Source of the DNA: Candidatus Omnitrophota bacterium
GTDB lineage: Bacteria > Omnitrophota > Gorgyraeia > B26-G9
Assembly (NCBI GenBank): GCA_016213925.1
Contig: JACQZH010000007.1
Location: 30,951 to 94,950, forward strand
Reading direction: 5' to 3'
Length of the DNA stretch: 64,000 nt
How positions within the stretch are numbered: position 1 is the first letter of the stretch; every line of letters starts with the position of its first letter. A model generated the notes under the pieces. It searched no databases, was not told where the DNA came from, and saw only the letters and a list, made by a program, of their open reading frames with translations. A program made the translations under genes and the position numbers. This document shows, piece after piece, positions 40,741-51,302 of the stretch.

Positions 40741-42478
40741 GATATTGGCGCAAAATTTAGCTGATAAGATTGCCGCCGGCGAAGTAGTGGAACGGCCGGC
40801 TTCTGTAGTCAAAGAACTGCTTGAGAACGCGCTGGATGCCGGCAGTACGGGCATTGAAATAATCGTGGAAAATGCTGGCTGTACTTTAATTAAAATTATC
40901 GATGACGGCCAGGGCATGGATGCGGAAGATTTGCAAAAAGCGGTACTGCGGCACGCGACAAGCAAAATAAGCGAGGAAAAAGACCTGTTTGGGATTAAAA
41001 CTCTGGGGTTTCGCGGCGAAGCTTTGGCAAGCATTGCCGCGGTAAGTTTTCTTACGATTAATTCCTGCGCTGTTAATGAAAATACCGGATGGCAGATTAG
41101 CATTGAGGGCGGCGCGGTTAAAAAATTTTCCCAAACCGCGCGGACTCAAGGCACAACGGTTGAAGTCAGGAACTTATTTTTTAATACTCCGGCCAGGCTG
41201 AAATTTTTAAAAAGCGACGCTACGGAGATGATTAATATTGTCCGTCAAGTAAGCGAATTAGCTTTAGCCTATCCGGGAGTGTCGTTTAAGCTAGTGCATA
41301 ACAGGGAAGAACTGATAAATTGCGATAGGACGGGTAATTTATTGGAACGGATCAGGGTTTTACTTCCGGAAAAAGTTACCGAGCAGCTTATTCCGGCCGA
41401 ATTTTCCGCGGCCGCTTTAAAAATCAGAGGATTTATTTCTAAAGCCGGAAGCGGTTCGCAAAACCGTAAAAACCAGTATATCTTTGTGAATAACCGCCCG
41501 GTAACCGATAAGACCGTGACGCATGCGCTGATCCAGGGGTATCATGGATTTATTATGGAGAAGCAGTTTCCCTGCGTATTTATTTTTATCAATATTCCGC
41601 TGGATATGGTGGATGTTAATGTGCATCCGAACAAGCGGGAAGTGCGTTTTCGGCAGGCAGCTGCGCTGCACGATATTATTGTAAAGGTTGTGCGGGATGT
41701 TTTGACGGATAAGAATATCCTGCCGCGTTTAGGAAAAGAAAGCGACAACGGACCGGAACAGTTAACTCAAGACGGCATATATAAAAACAATAAACCGTTT
41801 GGCGGGGGATATACGTTTATGTCAGCGCCGCAAAACTCCGGTTATGCGGCAGAAAAAACCGCGCAGCCTTTATTTTGGGGAAAAGATGATTTTTCCGCCA
41901 AAGCGCAAAGCCCGGCATTTCAACAGGCAAATAATACTTATATTATTATTCCGGATGAAAAAGGAGTTTTATTTATAGATCAGCATGCGGCGCATGAACG
42001 GATTATTTTTGATGAGATAAAAAAACAATTTGACCGAAAAAAAGTTGAAAAACAAAAATTACTACTTCCGGTTACGCTGCATCTGGACAGGGAACAAAGC
42101 CTGGTTTTGGAAGAATACAAGGACTTTTTCCAAGCGGCGGGTTTTGAGGTTGAAAATTTCGGCGAGAATACTTATATCGTCAATACTTATCCAAGCGTGC
42201 TGGATAAAGCTGATATTTCCGAACAGCTTGAAAAAATTATTTCCCAGATAGCGGAACTGGAGATCAACCCTAAGGATCAAGCGCAATTTTCCTGGTTTCT
42301 TGCTTCGGTTGCTTGTCATTGCGCTGTACGCGCAAATGAGAAATTATCCCAAGAAAAGGCTGCCGCGCTGATTTCGCGGCTGTGGCAGACAGACGCGCCT
42401 TATACCTGCCCGCACGGCCGTCCTACAATGATAAATATTACCTGGCCTGAACTGGAAAAAAGGTTTAAAAGAAAATGA
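40727..42478 (+). CDS. mutL: DNA mismatch repair endonuclease MutL
   Basis: AAGEVVERPASVVKEL, GFRGEAL, DQHAAHER, ACH, CPHGRP. Confidence 0.97.
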   Translation: MGKIKILAQNLADKIAAGEVVERPASVVKELLENALDAGSTGIEIIVENAGCTLIKIIDDGQGMDAEDLQKAVLRHATSKISEEKDLFGIKTLGFRGEALASIAAVSFLTINSCAVNENTGWQISIEGGAVKKFSQTARTQGTTVEVRNLFFNTPARLKFLKSDATEMINIVRQVSELALAYPGVSFKLVHNREELINCDRTGNLLERIRVLLPEKVTEQLIPAEFSAAALKIRGFISKAGSGSQNRKNQYIFVNNRPVTDKTVTHALIQGYHGFIMEKQFPCVFIFINIPLDMVDVNVHPNKREVRFRQAAALHDIIVKVVRDVLTDKNILPRLGKESDNGPEQLTQDGIYKNNKPFGGGYTFMSAPQNSGYAAEKTAQPLFWGKDDFSAKAQSPAFQQANNTYIIIPDEKGVLFIDQHAAHERIIFDEIKKQFDRKKVEKQKLLLPVTLHLDREQSLVLEEYKDFFQAAGFEVENFGENTYIVNTYPSVLDKADISEQLEKIISQIAELEINPKDQAQFSWFLASVACHCAVRANEKLSQEKAAALISRLWQTDAPYTCPHGRPTMINITWPELEKRFKRK

Positions 42479-42494
42479 AAGAAGAAGGCCGGTT

Positions 42495-43940
42495 ATGAAA
42501 ATAAAAAAAGAGCTGGCAGTTAACGCGCTGTTTTTAGTAATGGTTATTTTCGGCGGATTTTTTATAACAAAAAAAACAGCATTTTTTTTTGCGCGGCAGG
42601 CCCTAAAAAAACAAAATCAGGGGGATTTTTCCGCGGCAGAGCCGTTATATCTAAGGTCACTCAAACTTTTTCCAATCGCAGAGGCGTATTTTAATTTAGG
42701 GTGTATTTATAAAGACCGCGGAGACTTTGATCAGGCAGTAGCGCAATATAAGCAAGCGTTAAAAATGGCTCCGGGTAATGAAGGGGCTTATGAGGAGTTA
42801 ATTTCAATTTATGAGGAAAACGGCGACGCGCAAACAGCCCAAGCGTACCGGCAAATGCAGGAGCGCAACTGCAAAATAACTTTTGACAACGGGACAAACA
42901 GCGGCGAGGCAGACAAGCAGGAACAGGCAATTATTTTATATAACGAAGCTGTAAAGTTTTTGGAAGCCGGAATAGTTGAGCAAGCGCTGGATAATCTTAA
43001 TAAGGCAATTGCATTACAAAGCTTATTTTGGCAGGCATATTCTTTATCGGCAGATTGTTATATCCGGCAAAATAGGCTCAAAGAAGCGCTTAACAGTTAC
43101 AATAATATTTTACGTTTATCGCCGCAGGACGCGGATATGGCGCGTATTTATAGTAATATGGGTTTTATTTGCATGTGTTTTGAACAGTATGGACGGGCAA
43201 TTCAGTATTTTCAGGCCGCGTATGATTTAGAGCCGGATAATATTGATATTGCTTATAGCCTGGCATCAGTCTTAAGAGATAATCAGCAGGCCGGGCTGGC
43301 TTTAGAGTTTTTTAAACGAATAGAGGTAAAAGCGCCGGATTATCCGGGTCTGCATAATGATTTGGGAGAGATTTATCTATTATCAGGAGAAACTGAATCG
43401 GCGCAGTATGAGTTTCATAAAGAGATAGAACAAGTTAATAAAGATATTTCTGAGAAGAAAGAAAATCCGCTTAACCGGCTGCGGATGGCAAAAGCTTATA
43501 GCGGATTGGGAGAGGATGAAAAAGCGCTGGAGTATATTAATGCCGTGATTCAAGAAAGGCCGAATTATCAGCAGGCGTATTATGTGCGCGCCCAGATAAA
43601 GCGTAAATTGGGATTGCAGAAAGAGGCAGAGGATGATTTGGAAAACGCAAAAACTATTCCTGCTACGCAGCGAATAATACCAGCCGGGGGAAAAATTATA
43701 CGCAGGGCAGATATTAAAAAAATTGTTTCTGAAAATATAAAACAAGTAAGGCAAACAGCCAAGCCTTTGTTTTTGGATAAAGAAGATATAATTATTTATT
43801 TGAAAAATGGGTATACGGTACGCGGTAAGCTTAAAAAAGAAACGGATACGGTTATTACCATAGATATTCCAACAGGAGGTTCTTACGGAACGGTTTCTTT
43901 TAGCAAGAAAAAGATAGAAAAAATTCAAAAAATAAACTAA
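42495..43940 (+). CDS. Membrane-anchored TPR protein with C-terminal LKNG domain
   Basis: N-terminal TM; multiple TPR repeats (AEAYFNLG…). Confidence 0.85.
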   Translation: MKIKKELAVNALFLVMVIFGGFFITKKTAFFFARQALKKQNQGDFSAAEPLYLRSLKLFPIAEAYFNLGCIYKDRGDFDQAVAQYKQALKMAPGNEGAYEELISIYEENGDAQTAQAYRQMQERNCKITFDNGTNSGEADKQEQAIILYNEAVKFLEAGIVEQALDNLNKAIALQSLFWQAYSLSADCYIRQNRLKEALNSYNNILRLSPQDADMARIYSNMGFICMCFEQYGRAIQYFQAAYDLEPDNIDIAYSLASVLRDNQQAGLALEFFKRIEVKAPDYPGLHNDLGEIYLLSGETESAQYEFHKEIEQVNKDISEKKENPLNRLRMAKAYSGLGEDEKALEYINAVIQERPNYQQAYYVRAQIKRKLGLQKEAEDDLENAKTIPATQRIIPAGGKIIRRADIKKIVSENIKQVRQTAKPLFLDKEDIIIYLKNGYTVRGKLKKETDTVITIDIPTGGSYGTVSFSKKKIEKIQKIN

Positions 43941-44063
43941 GTTTTTCTTTGACTATTGGATACTTGCTGCGGTAAGATTAAAATATTGAGGGAGACCGGA
44001 TTATTAGTTATTTTTGTTTGAATATGCAGTTTTAAAAAGGCCGGATTTATAACGAAAGGAGAG

Positions 44064-44486
44064 TTGATGGAAAACAAGAGAATAGCGTGTGTGGTTTTAT
44101 TTGCTTTGATCGTGTTTTGTCCTGTGCGGGTAGTTGCCGGGGTTATCGGACAAAACGATGATGAAGTACGTTTAGTATGCGACCCGCTTTTAGATAATAT
44201 TTTCACCGGCCTCGACGAGGATAACTATTTCCAGTATTCCCGCGATTTTGATATGTCGCTTAAACAAACACTTTCTACAGGGCGCTTTGAAGAAGTAAGA
44301 ACACAGATTATGAATTGGGCGGGAAATTGTTTATACAGGGAGTATCTAGGTTTTATCAATAGAAAAGCGATAACGATTGTTTTTTGGAAAGGGGTATTTG
44401 ATAAGACTAACGATGATATTTTGATTAAAATGGTTGTTAGCGAAAAAGACGGCAGGTATTTAATTACAGGGCTGTGGTTTCAGTGA
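44064..44486 (+). CDS. Exported DUF3887-like protein
   Basis: Signal peptide; SRDFD, WKGVF, ITGLWF. Confidence 0.65.
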   Translation: MMENKRIACVVLFALIVFCPVRVVAGVIGQNDDEVRLVCDPLLDNIFTGLDEDNYFQYSRDFDMSLKQTLSTGRFEEVRTQIMNWAGNCLYREYLGFINRKAITIVFWKGVFDKTNDDILIKMVVSEKDGRYLITGLWFQ

Positions 44487-44643
44487 TAGATGAGTAACCG
44501 GTTGCCAGTAACCAGGCCTCTCAAAAATTTACTTTGGAGTAAATTTTTGAGTTGGAGTCCCCGAAGGGGAAACCAGAGAACAGAAGAAATAGTATTTGAG
44601 AGATATGTTGATTTCCGCAGCGTAGGATAAAACGTAATTTCGC

Positions 44644-45189
44644 ATGAAGAAACAGATTTATGGCATAATAATAGAGTGCAGGGAAGGCAACATTGTTCAA
44701 CAGCCGGATATTAGTGTCATTGTCAATGCCGCTAATGCGCAGCTTGTCCCGGGAGGAGGGGTTGACGGGGCAATTCACAGAGCCGCAGGCTCGGAGCTTG
44801 CTTATGAGAGCAGTAAATTTGCCCCGATTAAACCGGGTGAAGCGGTTATTACTTCAGCGTATAAGTTACCAAATAAATATGTAATTCATTGTTTAGGCCC
44901 TGTATATGGCAAGGATTATCCGGCTGATATTCTGCTTGGGAATTGCTACCGCAATGCATTAGAGTTTGCCGAAACGTATTGCGTAGAGTCGATTGCGTTC
45001 CCTGCGATTTCGACAGGAGCGTTTGCTTATCCAATGGAAGATGCGGCCCGCGTAGCCCTTGGCGCGGTTATTGAAGCGGCAGGGAAATTTCAAAAAGTAA
45101 AATTAGTGCGTTTTGTGCTTTATAAGAGAGAACATCTTAAGGTGCATGAAAAAGTCTTTAGTGAATTGACGAAAAAAATTAAGGCGTGA
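44644..45189 (+). CDS. Macro domain protein (O-acetyl-ADP-ribose deacetylase-like)
   Basis: VNAAN..L..GGGVDGAIH, VIHCLGP, FPAISTG. Confidence 0.92.
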   Translation: MKKQIYGIIIECREGNIVQQPDISVIVNAANAQLVPGGGVDGAIHRAAGSELAYESSKFAPIKPGEAVITSAYKLPNKYVIHCLGPVYGKDYPADILLGNCYRNALEFAETYCVESIAFPAISTGAFAYPMEDAARVALGAVIEAAGKFQKVKLVRFVLYKREHLKVHEKVFSELTKKIKA

Positions 45190-45229
45190 TTTTTAGCTGA
45201 TGGGGCTTAATAAATATTAAGGGAGTAGC

Positions 45230-45763
45230 ATGAAAGTAAATAAAGCGGTTTTTGCCGGGATGTTGTTTGTGATGATATTATCTAATGTTGCGGGCCTAAA
45301 CGCGCAGGAAGACGCGGTTTTATATAATCATGCCAGGCAGGCGGTTTTAAGCGGGGAAATAGATTTTGCGTTCAATTATTTTTATTCGCTGCTGCAGTAT
45401 TCAGCATCGTCAAGATATTATCAAGATGCGGTTTTTGCCTGCGGAGAATATTATTTTTTAAATAATGATTACTATGTCTCCTCAAAGATGTTTACGGATT
45501 TTATTAAGGCTTGCCCGCAATCAGAAGCATTTCCTTTTGCGATTGTTTATTTGAAGAAAATGGCCGCTTCTTTAGAAGAAGCAAACGCGGCATATGATTT
45601 TAAAAAAAACATCATCAAATTTAAACAGTTAAGCCTGCTTTTTAGCGAGTTTAAGGAATATGAATATGTTTCTCCGTTAGGGTTAAAGTACAAAGCGTTA
45701 TATTATATCGACAGAGCGGAATTTTATATAAATGGGGAGCTGTTTGAAAAAGTATATTTCTAA
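45230..45763 (+). CDS. Exported hypothetical protein (TPR-like)
   Basis: Signal peptide; helical A..GEYY..PQS pattern. Confidence 0.65.
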   Translation: MKVNKAVFAGMLFVMILSNVAGLNAQEDAVLYNHARQAVLSGEIDFAFNYFYSLLQYSASSRYYQDAVFACGEYYFLNNDYYVSSKMFTDFIKACPQSEAFPFAIVYLKKMAASLEEANAAYDFKKNIIKFKQLSLLFSEFKEYEYVSPLGLKYKALYYIDRAEFYINGELFEKVYF

Positions 45764-47837
45764 GCATTTTTTTGTCCGAACGGCAATTGTTATTCTGCTT
45801 GCGCTGGTTATATCAGGTTATTTTTTCGTCAAGGTTTTCTTTTCGGAAAACAAAGCGAAGATAGAATATCTTTCAAGCAGTTATTTAAATAAAAAAATTT
45901 CAATAGGCAGTATTCAATATGTTTTGCCCGCATTCATTGTTATAAAAGACATCAGGATCGGCGAATTCGCAGAACAGGCTGAAGCCATCCCGCTTTCTAT
46001 AAAAAAAATCACCTTGGTTTTTTCATTAGAGAAGTTGTTTGCGGAAAAAGAATTGGTGATCAGCCGTATCGGCCTCTCCGAGCCAGAATTTGATTTGGTT
46101 AGATATCCGCTTTTTTTAAAGGAAAGCATTGCGGGATTTATTAAGTTAATAAATTTTCTTACCCAGGGCAACCCCTTAAAAATAGAATTGGAAAATGCCG
46201 CTTTTATTGCCGGCCACCGAGGGAATAAGCGCACGACGATAATAGCAAATTCAAAAATAGGCATAGGGCCGGACGACCGTTTTTCCAGCCGCGGAATAAT
46301 TAGCGTGCAGCAGGCAGGATGGAACTTTCCCGTCAAAGGGCATAAAATATTTGCGGCTTTTCAGCCTGGCACGTTTAGGTATTCTGTTTATGCTGCGGTT
46401 ATCCCCGAAGGAGTGGTTATTGAGGACATAGCGGTTGAGAAGGATAATCTACAGGCCAAATTTCAGGGCCGGCTTGAGAACAATGTGCTGCGGGTTACAG
46501 GGAATGTTTATTCAGATGATACGCCGGTAAAAACTCAAGAATGGTTAGCTCAAAAAAATAAACTTATAAGGCAGCTTTACGCATTATTTAAATATGGGAA
46601 ATTACCGCAAAAAATCGGACAAAGAGATGCCGGGGTTAACTGCACGGATATTGATTGCGTCCTCGAATTTGCGTCGCGGGCTGTAAATTTAAAAAAAGCT
46701 ACTTTTAATCTTAACGGAATCCCCGTGCTGGTAAATGGAGATTTTAATTTTCAGCAGGGCATGCAGCTTAAGGCCGTAGTTACGACTTTTCCGGAGCAGC
46801 CTTTTTTTGGCGCCGGTACTGATCCGCGCAAACTAGGGTTGGATATTTTTTTAAATGGCAAAGAGGGCAAAAGCACCGGGGACATCACGCTTGATTTTTT
46901 CAAAATGATGGGTAAAAATCTTTCGAAGCAGAAACTGCGGGCTGATTTTAATAACGCGGCTTTTGGCATTTCTCCGGATATGCGGATAAAATTGCTCTTT
47001 GATGAGGCGGTGGTTTTTTATGAATTCGATAAAAATGAGCATGTTTTTAAGCTGCGAAACTGGGAATTGTTATGTAATTTTCTTGACGAAAAACTTAAAT
47101 TCGTAAAATTCAACGCGGGAATTTTTGACGGGCTATTAAAAGGATATATTGTTGTAGATGCTTCAGAGCCCGGGTGGAAAACTAAACAGAATTTAACGGT
47201 AAAAGATGTTAACGCGAGCGAGCTGGATGCGCTGCTTTTATCTTTATTCGGCATGTACCGCACTTTACCGGGAAAATTTCAAGAAAAAATAAGCGGTAAG
47301 TTTACCTGCGATGTTAATTATACAGGGTTTCGCAGCTCAATATTAAACGGGAACCTGGAAATCAGTCAAGGTGTTTTGGAGAATATGCAGTTTTTTTTAT
47401 GGATATCCGGTTTTTTTAATATTCCTTCATTAGCCAGCGTAAGCTTTGATTCTCTTTCTGCAGATTTTCTTGTAACAGACAGGATTGCCCGGCTGGATAA
47501 CGTATGTTTGAGCGGAAAGGATATTTCGCTGAAAGGCCAGCTGGATGTTAGGGATAATGAGCTGATCAGCGGTAGGCTTGCTTTACGGCTTTCGCGCCAG
47601 ATACTTAAAGAATCATCAAAATTTCAGCTGCTTTTGGGGTTGATAAGCCATGATATAAAAGAATTTGATTTTAATTTTCAATTTTCCGGATTATATCAAT
47701 CAATAAATTTTCAATGGCTGGAATCCGAATTTAAGCACAAAGTACAAAAAATGCTTCCCGGGTTTATAGAACAGGGCTTGGAGCGAAAAGTTGAAAGTGC
47801 AATAAAAGAAATTTCCGGGCCGCTTGTTGAAAAATAA
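45732..47837 (+). CDS. AsmA-like envelope protein
   Basis: N-terminal TM, beta-rich body, C-terminal FDSLSADF..SLKGQL. Confidence 0.6.
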   Translation: MGSCLKKYISKHFFVRTAIVILLALVISGYFFVKVFFSENKAKIEYLSSSYLNKKISIGSIQYVLPAFIVIKDIRIGEFAEQAEAIPLSIKKITLVFSLEKLFAEKELVISRIGLSEPEFDLVRYPLFLKESIAGFIKLINFLTQGNPLKIELENAAFIAGHRGNKRTTIIANSKIGIGPDDRFSSRGIISVQQAGWNFPVKGHKIFAAFQPGTFRYSVYAAVIPEGVVIEDIAVEKDNLQAKFQGRLENNVLRVTGNVYSDDTPVKTQEWLAQKNKLIRQLYALFKYGKLPQKIGQRDAGVNCTDIDCVLEFASRAVNLKKATFNLNGIPVLVNGDFNFQQGMQLKAVVTTFPEQPFFGAGTDPRKLGLDIFLNGKEGKSTGDITLDFFKMMGKNLSKQKLRADFNNAAFGISPDMRIKLLFDEAVVFYEFDKNEHVFKLRNWELLCNFLDEKLKFVKFNAGIFDGLLKGYIVVDASEPGWKTKQNLTVKDVNASELDALLLSLFGMYRTLPGKFQEKISGKFTCDVNYTGFRSSILNGNLEISQGVLENMQFFLWISGFFNIPSLASVSFDSLSADFLVTDRIARLDNVCLSGKDISLKGQLDVRDNELISGRLALRLSRQILKESSKFQLLLGLISHDIKEFDFNFQFSGLYQSINFQWLESEFKHKVQKMLPGFIEQGLERKVESAIKEISGPLVEK

Positions 47838-47889
47838 AAATAGCCTGGAATATTTCTTTTTATTTGAAAAAAAAGGTAAATGCGGTGTA

Positions 47890-47942
47890 AATTATCCCAA
47901 AATTTGCCTGTCTGCCGCCAGGCAGGCAAAATTTGGGATTAT
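47890..47942. repeat. TIR element, collapsed copy carrying one REP-like palindrome
   Basis: AATTATCCCAAAATTT-GCCTGTCTGCCGCCAGGCAGGC-AAAATTTGGGATTAT. Confidence 0.75.
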
Positions 47943-47961
47943 GCATGTAAATAGATGAAGA

Positions 47962-48171
47962 ATCCCTTGCTTAAACACCGGTTTACTCGGCAAGCTGCGG
48001 GATTAATTCGCGCAGTAATTTATGTCGCTTATGCTCCATAAAATATGTGCTTGATGTAGGTACTCCGCTTCGTAGCAACGGGCAAATTATCTGTGATAAT
48101 TCGCTCCGTACTCAGCGGAGTTAATTCGTCCCGGCGCTTCGCTTTGCGAAGCAAACGGTCGGGACTCATTA
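47962..48171. repeat. Mosaic REP/BIME-like hairpin cluster 1
   Basis: 48114-48171 identical to 51426-51483; 47962-48014 similar to 51483-51553. Confidence 0.85.
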
Positions 48172-48184
48172 AAAGGAGGAGAGA

Positions 48185-48598
48185 ATGAGGTATTGGAAAG
48201 TATTTATTGTCGGAGTGCTTTTATTAATCAGCCCGGGATTGGTTTTTGCCGGCCAGCGGATTAAGAGAGGAAGAAGCTCGGAAATAAAAGCAGAAAAGAT
48301 ACTCGATAATATTTTATTCGGCTTTAAGTTAGACGATTATAACATTTATGCCCGCGATTTTGATCCGGCTTTAAAAATAAGCGGCGCGCGTACTAAGTTT
48401 TATCATGTAAACAGATATATCAATAGAGTTTTGGGAAGTTATGTTACCCGTGAATACATGGGAAGTTTGCGTAAGGGAGATATTATAATCGTATTGTGGA
48501 AAGGAATATTTGATAAGTCAGAGGAAGATGTTTTGATCAAACTTGTGATGCAGAAGAAAAACAGCCGTTATTATGTCACAGGGCTCTTGCTGCAGTGA
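48185..48598 (+). CDS. Exported DUF3887-like protein, paralogue of 44064-44486
   Basis: Shared LDNI…RDFD…REY.G…WKG.FDK..DVLIK…VTGL. Confidence 0.7.
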   Translation: MRYWKVFIVGVLLLISPGLVFAGQRIKRGRSSEIKAEKILDNILFGFKLDDYNIYARDFDPALKISGARTKFYHVNRYINRVLGSYVTREYMGSLRKGDIIIVLWKGIFDKSEEDVLIKLVMQKKNSRYYVTGLLLQ

Positions 48599-48705
48599 GA
48601 ACAGGCAACATGTAAACGCAGAATTTTTTGATATAAAATTACCTAATCAGTTGGCTCTTTTTTGGAAGGATATTTTTAAGGGAGGCTTTCTTTTAATATT
48701 AATCC

Positions 48706-49671
48706 ATGCGAAATAATAAAAAAAATTTAGCAATAACGGCTTTGTCAGTATTGCTAATTTTTTTAGCAGCAAATAAAGGGTTAGGACAAATCAAAGAAGG
48801 CTGCGATAGTATTAGTACGGAGAATTACGCCAATAAAACGCTTGAATACTATTACTATATACCTGAAGCTGTGGCGGGAAATAAAAATGCTTCATATCCC
48901 TTGCTAATAATGGTTCCGGGGCTCTCCGGAAAAGGCGAGTGGTTGGTTAATAATGAAGTTAAAGAATTCGCAGAACGGGAAAAGTTTGTTGTTATCGCGC
49001 CGTCGTTTGTTTTTGATGAGAGAAACTGGGATACGCTAGAAAGCTACCACTATCCGTCAGTTTGGTCCGGCAAGGCGCTTCTTGAGATAATAAGGCAGTT
49101 TGAAGATAAAAATAATCTTTTTTTGTCGAAGTTTTGTCTTTTTGGGCACTCTGCCGGAGCGCAGTTTGTATTGCGGTTTGCGTTATGGAAACCGCAATTA
49201 TGCGAGGCTTGCGCGGCTCATGCAAGCGGAGGAAGCATAAAGCCGATAGAATATGTAAGCGTTAAATTTTTTGTTACGATAGGCAAACAGGATACTTCTT
49301 TAAGAAAAAAAGTCGCCGAAGAATTTTTTGATACTGCAAAGAAAAATATCATCAAAGTTACATATAAGGAATATGATACCGGCCATGACATGATAAAGGA
49401 GCAATTTAGCGATAGTTTGGACTTTTTCACGCAGGGTAAAATGCCTTTTAACGAAAATAGCGGAGTTTTTGAAAGTATTAATCAAAAGGCGGTTTGTGAA
49501 GGTTTTATTGGAGATACTGTGGTTTATTTAAAAAACGGATGCAAGACAGAAGGCAGGTTTAAGAGCGAAACGGATAAAAAAATTATTTTGGAAATCGCTC
49601 TCGGCAGCACAACCGGGCAAATAGCAATTTCTAAAAACCGGGTTAAATCCATAAAAAGATTAGATAAGTGA
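48706..49671 (+). CDS. Exported alpha/beta-hydrolase (esterase-like) with C-terminal LKNG domain
   Basis: GHSAG nucleophile elbow, GKQD, GH; signal peptide. Confidence 0.8.
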   Translation: MRNNKKNLAITALSVLLIFLAANKGLGQIKEGCDSISTENYANKTLEYYYYIPEAVAGNKNASYPLLIMVPGLSGKGEWLVNNEVKEFAEREKFVVIAPSFVFDERNWDTLESYHYPSVWSGKALLEIIRQFEDKNNLFLSKFCLFGHSAGAQFVLRFALWKPQLCEACAAHASGGSIKPIEYVSVKFFVTIGKQDTSLRKKVAEEFFDTAKKNIIKVTYKEYDTGHDMIKEQFSDSLDFFTQGKMPFNENSGVFESINQKAVCEGFIGDTVVYLKNGCKTEGRFKSETDKKIILEIALGSTTGQIAISKNRVKSIKRLDK

Positions 49672-49710
49672 TACGCTGGCATCTAAAACAATTTTGGAAG
49701 ATGGTTAGTT

Positions 49711-49912
49711 ATTTATCCCAAAATTTGCCTGTCTGCCGCCAGGCAGGCAGTAGGAATCATTTTGCGACGAAAGCTATCTGCACGAAAAAGTGCGAGCAAA
49801 TTTCGGGATTACCTCGACAAACACGAGAAAGTCTCGTCGAGATTTTCTCGGTCGACCCTACGGGCAAATTTTGCTATTGCCTGTCTGCCAGCCAGGCAAA
49901 ATTTGGGTTTAT
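49711..49912. repeat. TIR-bounded miniature element, copy 3, with REP-like inserts in both TIRs
   Basis: TTATCCCAAAATTTGC[CTGTCTGCCGCCAGGCAGGC]AGTAG … CTATTGC[CTGTCTGCCAGCCAGGC]AAAATTTGGGTTTAT. Confidence 0.75.
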
Positions 49913-49925
49913 GCGGTGATTTGAT

Positions 49926-51179
49926 ATGGAGAAACTCAAAAGATTTTTTTTGATTATATCATGGGCCATGTACGACGCGGCAAACCAGTTTTTCGCGTTA
50001 AATATTGTTTCTTTATATTTTGTGCGTTGGATAACTCTGGTAAAAGGAGCTCCGGAGTTTGTCTATGGAATTACCTTCGGGCTTTCCAGTATTTGCGTAG
50101 CTGTGCTTTCTCCTTTACTGGGAACAACGGCGGATGTGCGCGGAAAACATAGATTTTTTCTAATAATGTTTACGTTATTAAGCGTAATATTTACCATGTT
50201 TTTATCGGTTGTGAATAATGTGTTGCTTGCGTTAATTTTTTTCGCGATTGCCAATATCGGCTGCCAGGAAGCGGGAATATTTTATAATGCCTTGATGCCG
50301 GATATTTCTTCTAAATATAAAATCGGCATTATTTCCGGAGTGGGGAAAATGTTCGGGTATTTTGGGGCAATACTGGCTTTATTTTTTACAAGTCCATTGA
50401 TAGAGACTCAGGGATATCAGCGGGTATTTTTAATTACCGGAATATTGTTTTTGCTGTTTGCGTTGCCGTGCCTTATTTTTATTAAGGACAGGCCGCATAA
50501 CTTAAGTAACGAACAGATAATAACTGACAAGATCTTTGACCGCAGGAAGATTAAAGTTGTTTTTGAGCGCCTGCGCATTACGCTTTTTACTAATCATGAC
50601 CAAAGCGGACTGCGAGAATTTTTAAAAGCCGGGTTTTTTGGTTTATGCGTTGTGCAGGCTGTGATGCTGTTTATGGCAGTGTATGTAACTAAAGTGCTTG
50701 GGTTACAGGAGGCGCAAGTGCTGAAGCTAATAATATTAGGCACATTTTTTGCGATTTTCGGAAGCATTGGCTCAGGTATTATCAGCGACTATATCGGGCA
50801 TAAGAAAACAATGCTGCTGGTTTTTGCTTTGTGGATTGTTTGTCTTGTCGCGGGAGCTTTGGTTATTGCGCCTTTTCAATATGTTATCAGCGCATTGGCC
50901 GGAATCAGCCTGGGGGCTACCTGGGTTGTTTCGCGCGCTTTGGTTATCAGCATGGTCCCGCGTGAACAAGCTGGGGAGGCTTTTGGATTGTTTAGCCTTA
51001 TAGGATATCTTTCCGGCATAGTTGGCCCGGCAGTTTGGGGGATTTTGATTATTCTGATGCGGCCTTTTGGTGTTATGGGAACCCGCATGGTCCTTCTATG
51101 TTTTATTCCTTTTATGATAATCGGTTGTTTATTTTTAATGCGCATTCCCGAGATTAACAGCAAATTGCCGGAGGTATAA
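49926..51179 (+). CDS. MFS transporter (UMF1/ATG22-like)
   Basis: SWAMYDAAN, SPLLGTTAD, FYNALMP; about 12 TM. Confidence 0.9.
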   Translation: MEKLKRFFLIISWAMYDAANQFFALNIVSLYFVRWITLVKGAPEFVYGITFGLSSICVAVLSPLLGTTADVRGKHRFFLIMFTLLSVIFTMFLSVVNNVLLALIFFAIANIGCQEAGIFYNALMPDISSKYKIGIISGVGKMFGYFGAILALFFTSPLIETQGYQRVFLITGILFLLFALPCLIFIKDRPHNLSNEQIITDKIFDRRKIKVVFERLRITLFTNHDQSGLREFLKAGFFGLCVVQAVMLFMAVYVTKVLGLQEAQVLKLIILGTFFAIFGSIGSGIISDYIGHKKTMLLVFALWIVCLVAGALVIAPFQYVISALAGISLGATWVVSRALVISMVPREQAGEAFGLFSLIGYLSGIVGPAVWGILIILMRPFGVMGTRMVLLCFIPFMIIGCLFLMRIPEINSKLPEV

Positions 51180-51295
51180 AAAGAGGCTAGAAGATAACTT
51201 CTAGCCTCTTTGCCTTTTGCCCGTGGGGTGGGAGAAATACGAGCAAAAGGCGGTGAAAACAGAATAAAAACAACTCTGCTTTCACATATTCCCTT
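51177..51295 (-). ncRNA. Candidate small RNA (three hairpins, C-rich loop, intrinsic terminator)
   Basis: Stems GTGAAAGCAGA/TCTGTTTTCAC, GCCTTTTGCTCGT/ACGGGCAAAAGGC (loop ATTTCTCCCACCCC), AAAGAGGCTAGAAG/CTTCTAGCCTCTTT then T-run; no ORF. Confidence 0.55.
51180..51211. terminator. Bidirectional intrinsic terminator
   Basis: 14-bp perfect stem right after the MFS stop. Confidence 0.85.
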
Positions 51296-51302
51296 ATATA
51301 GT

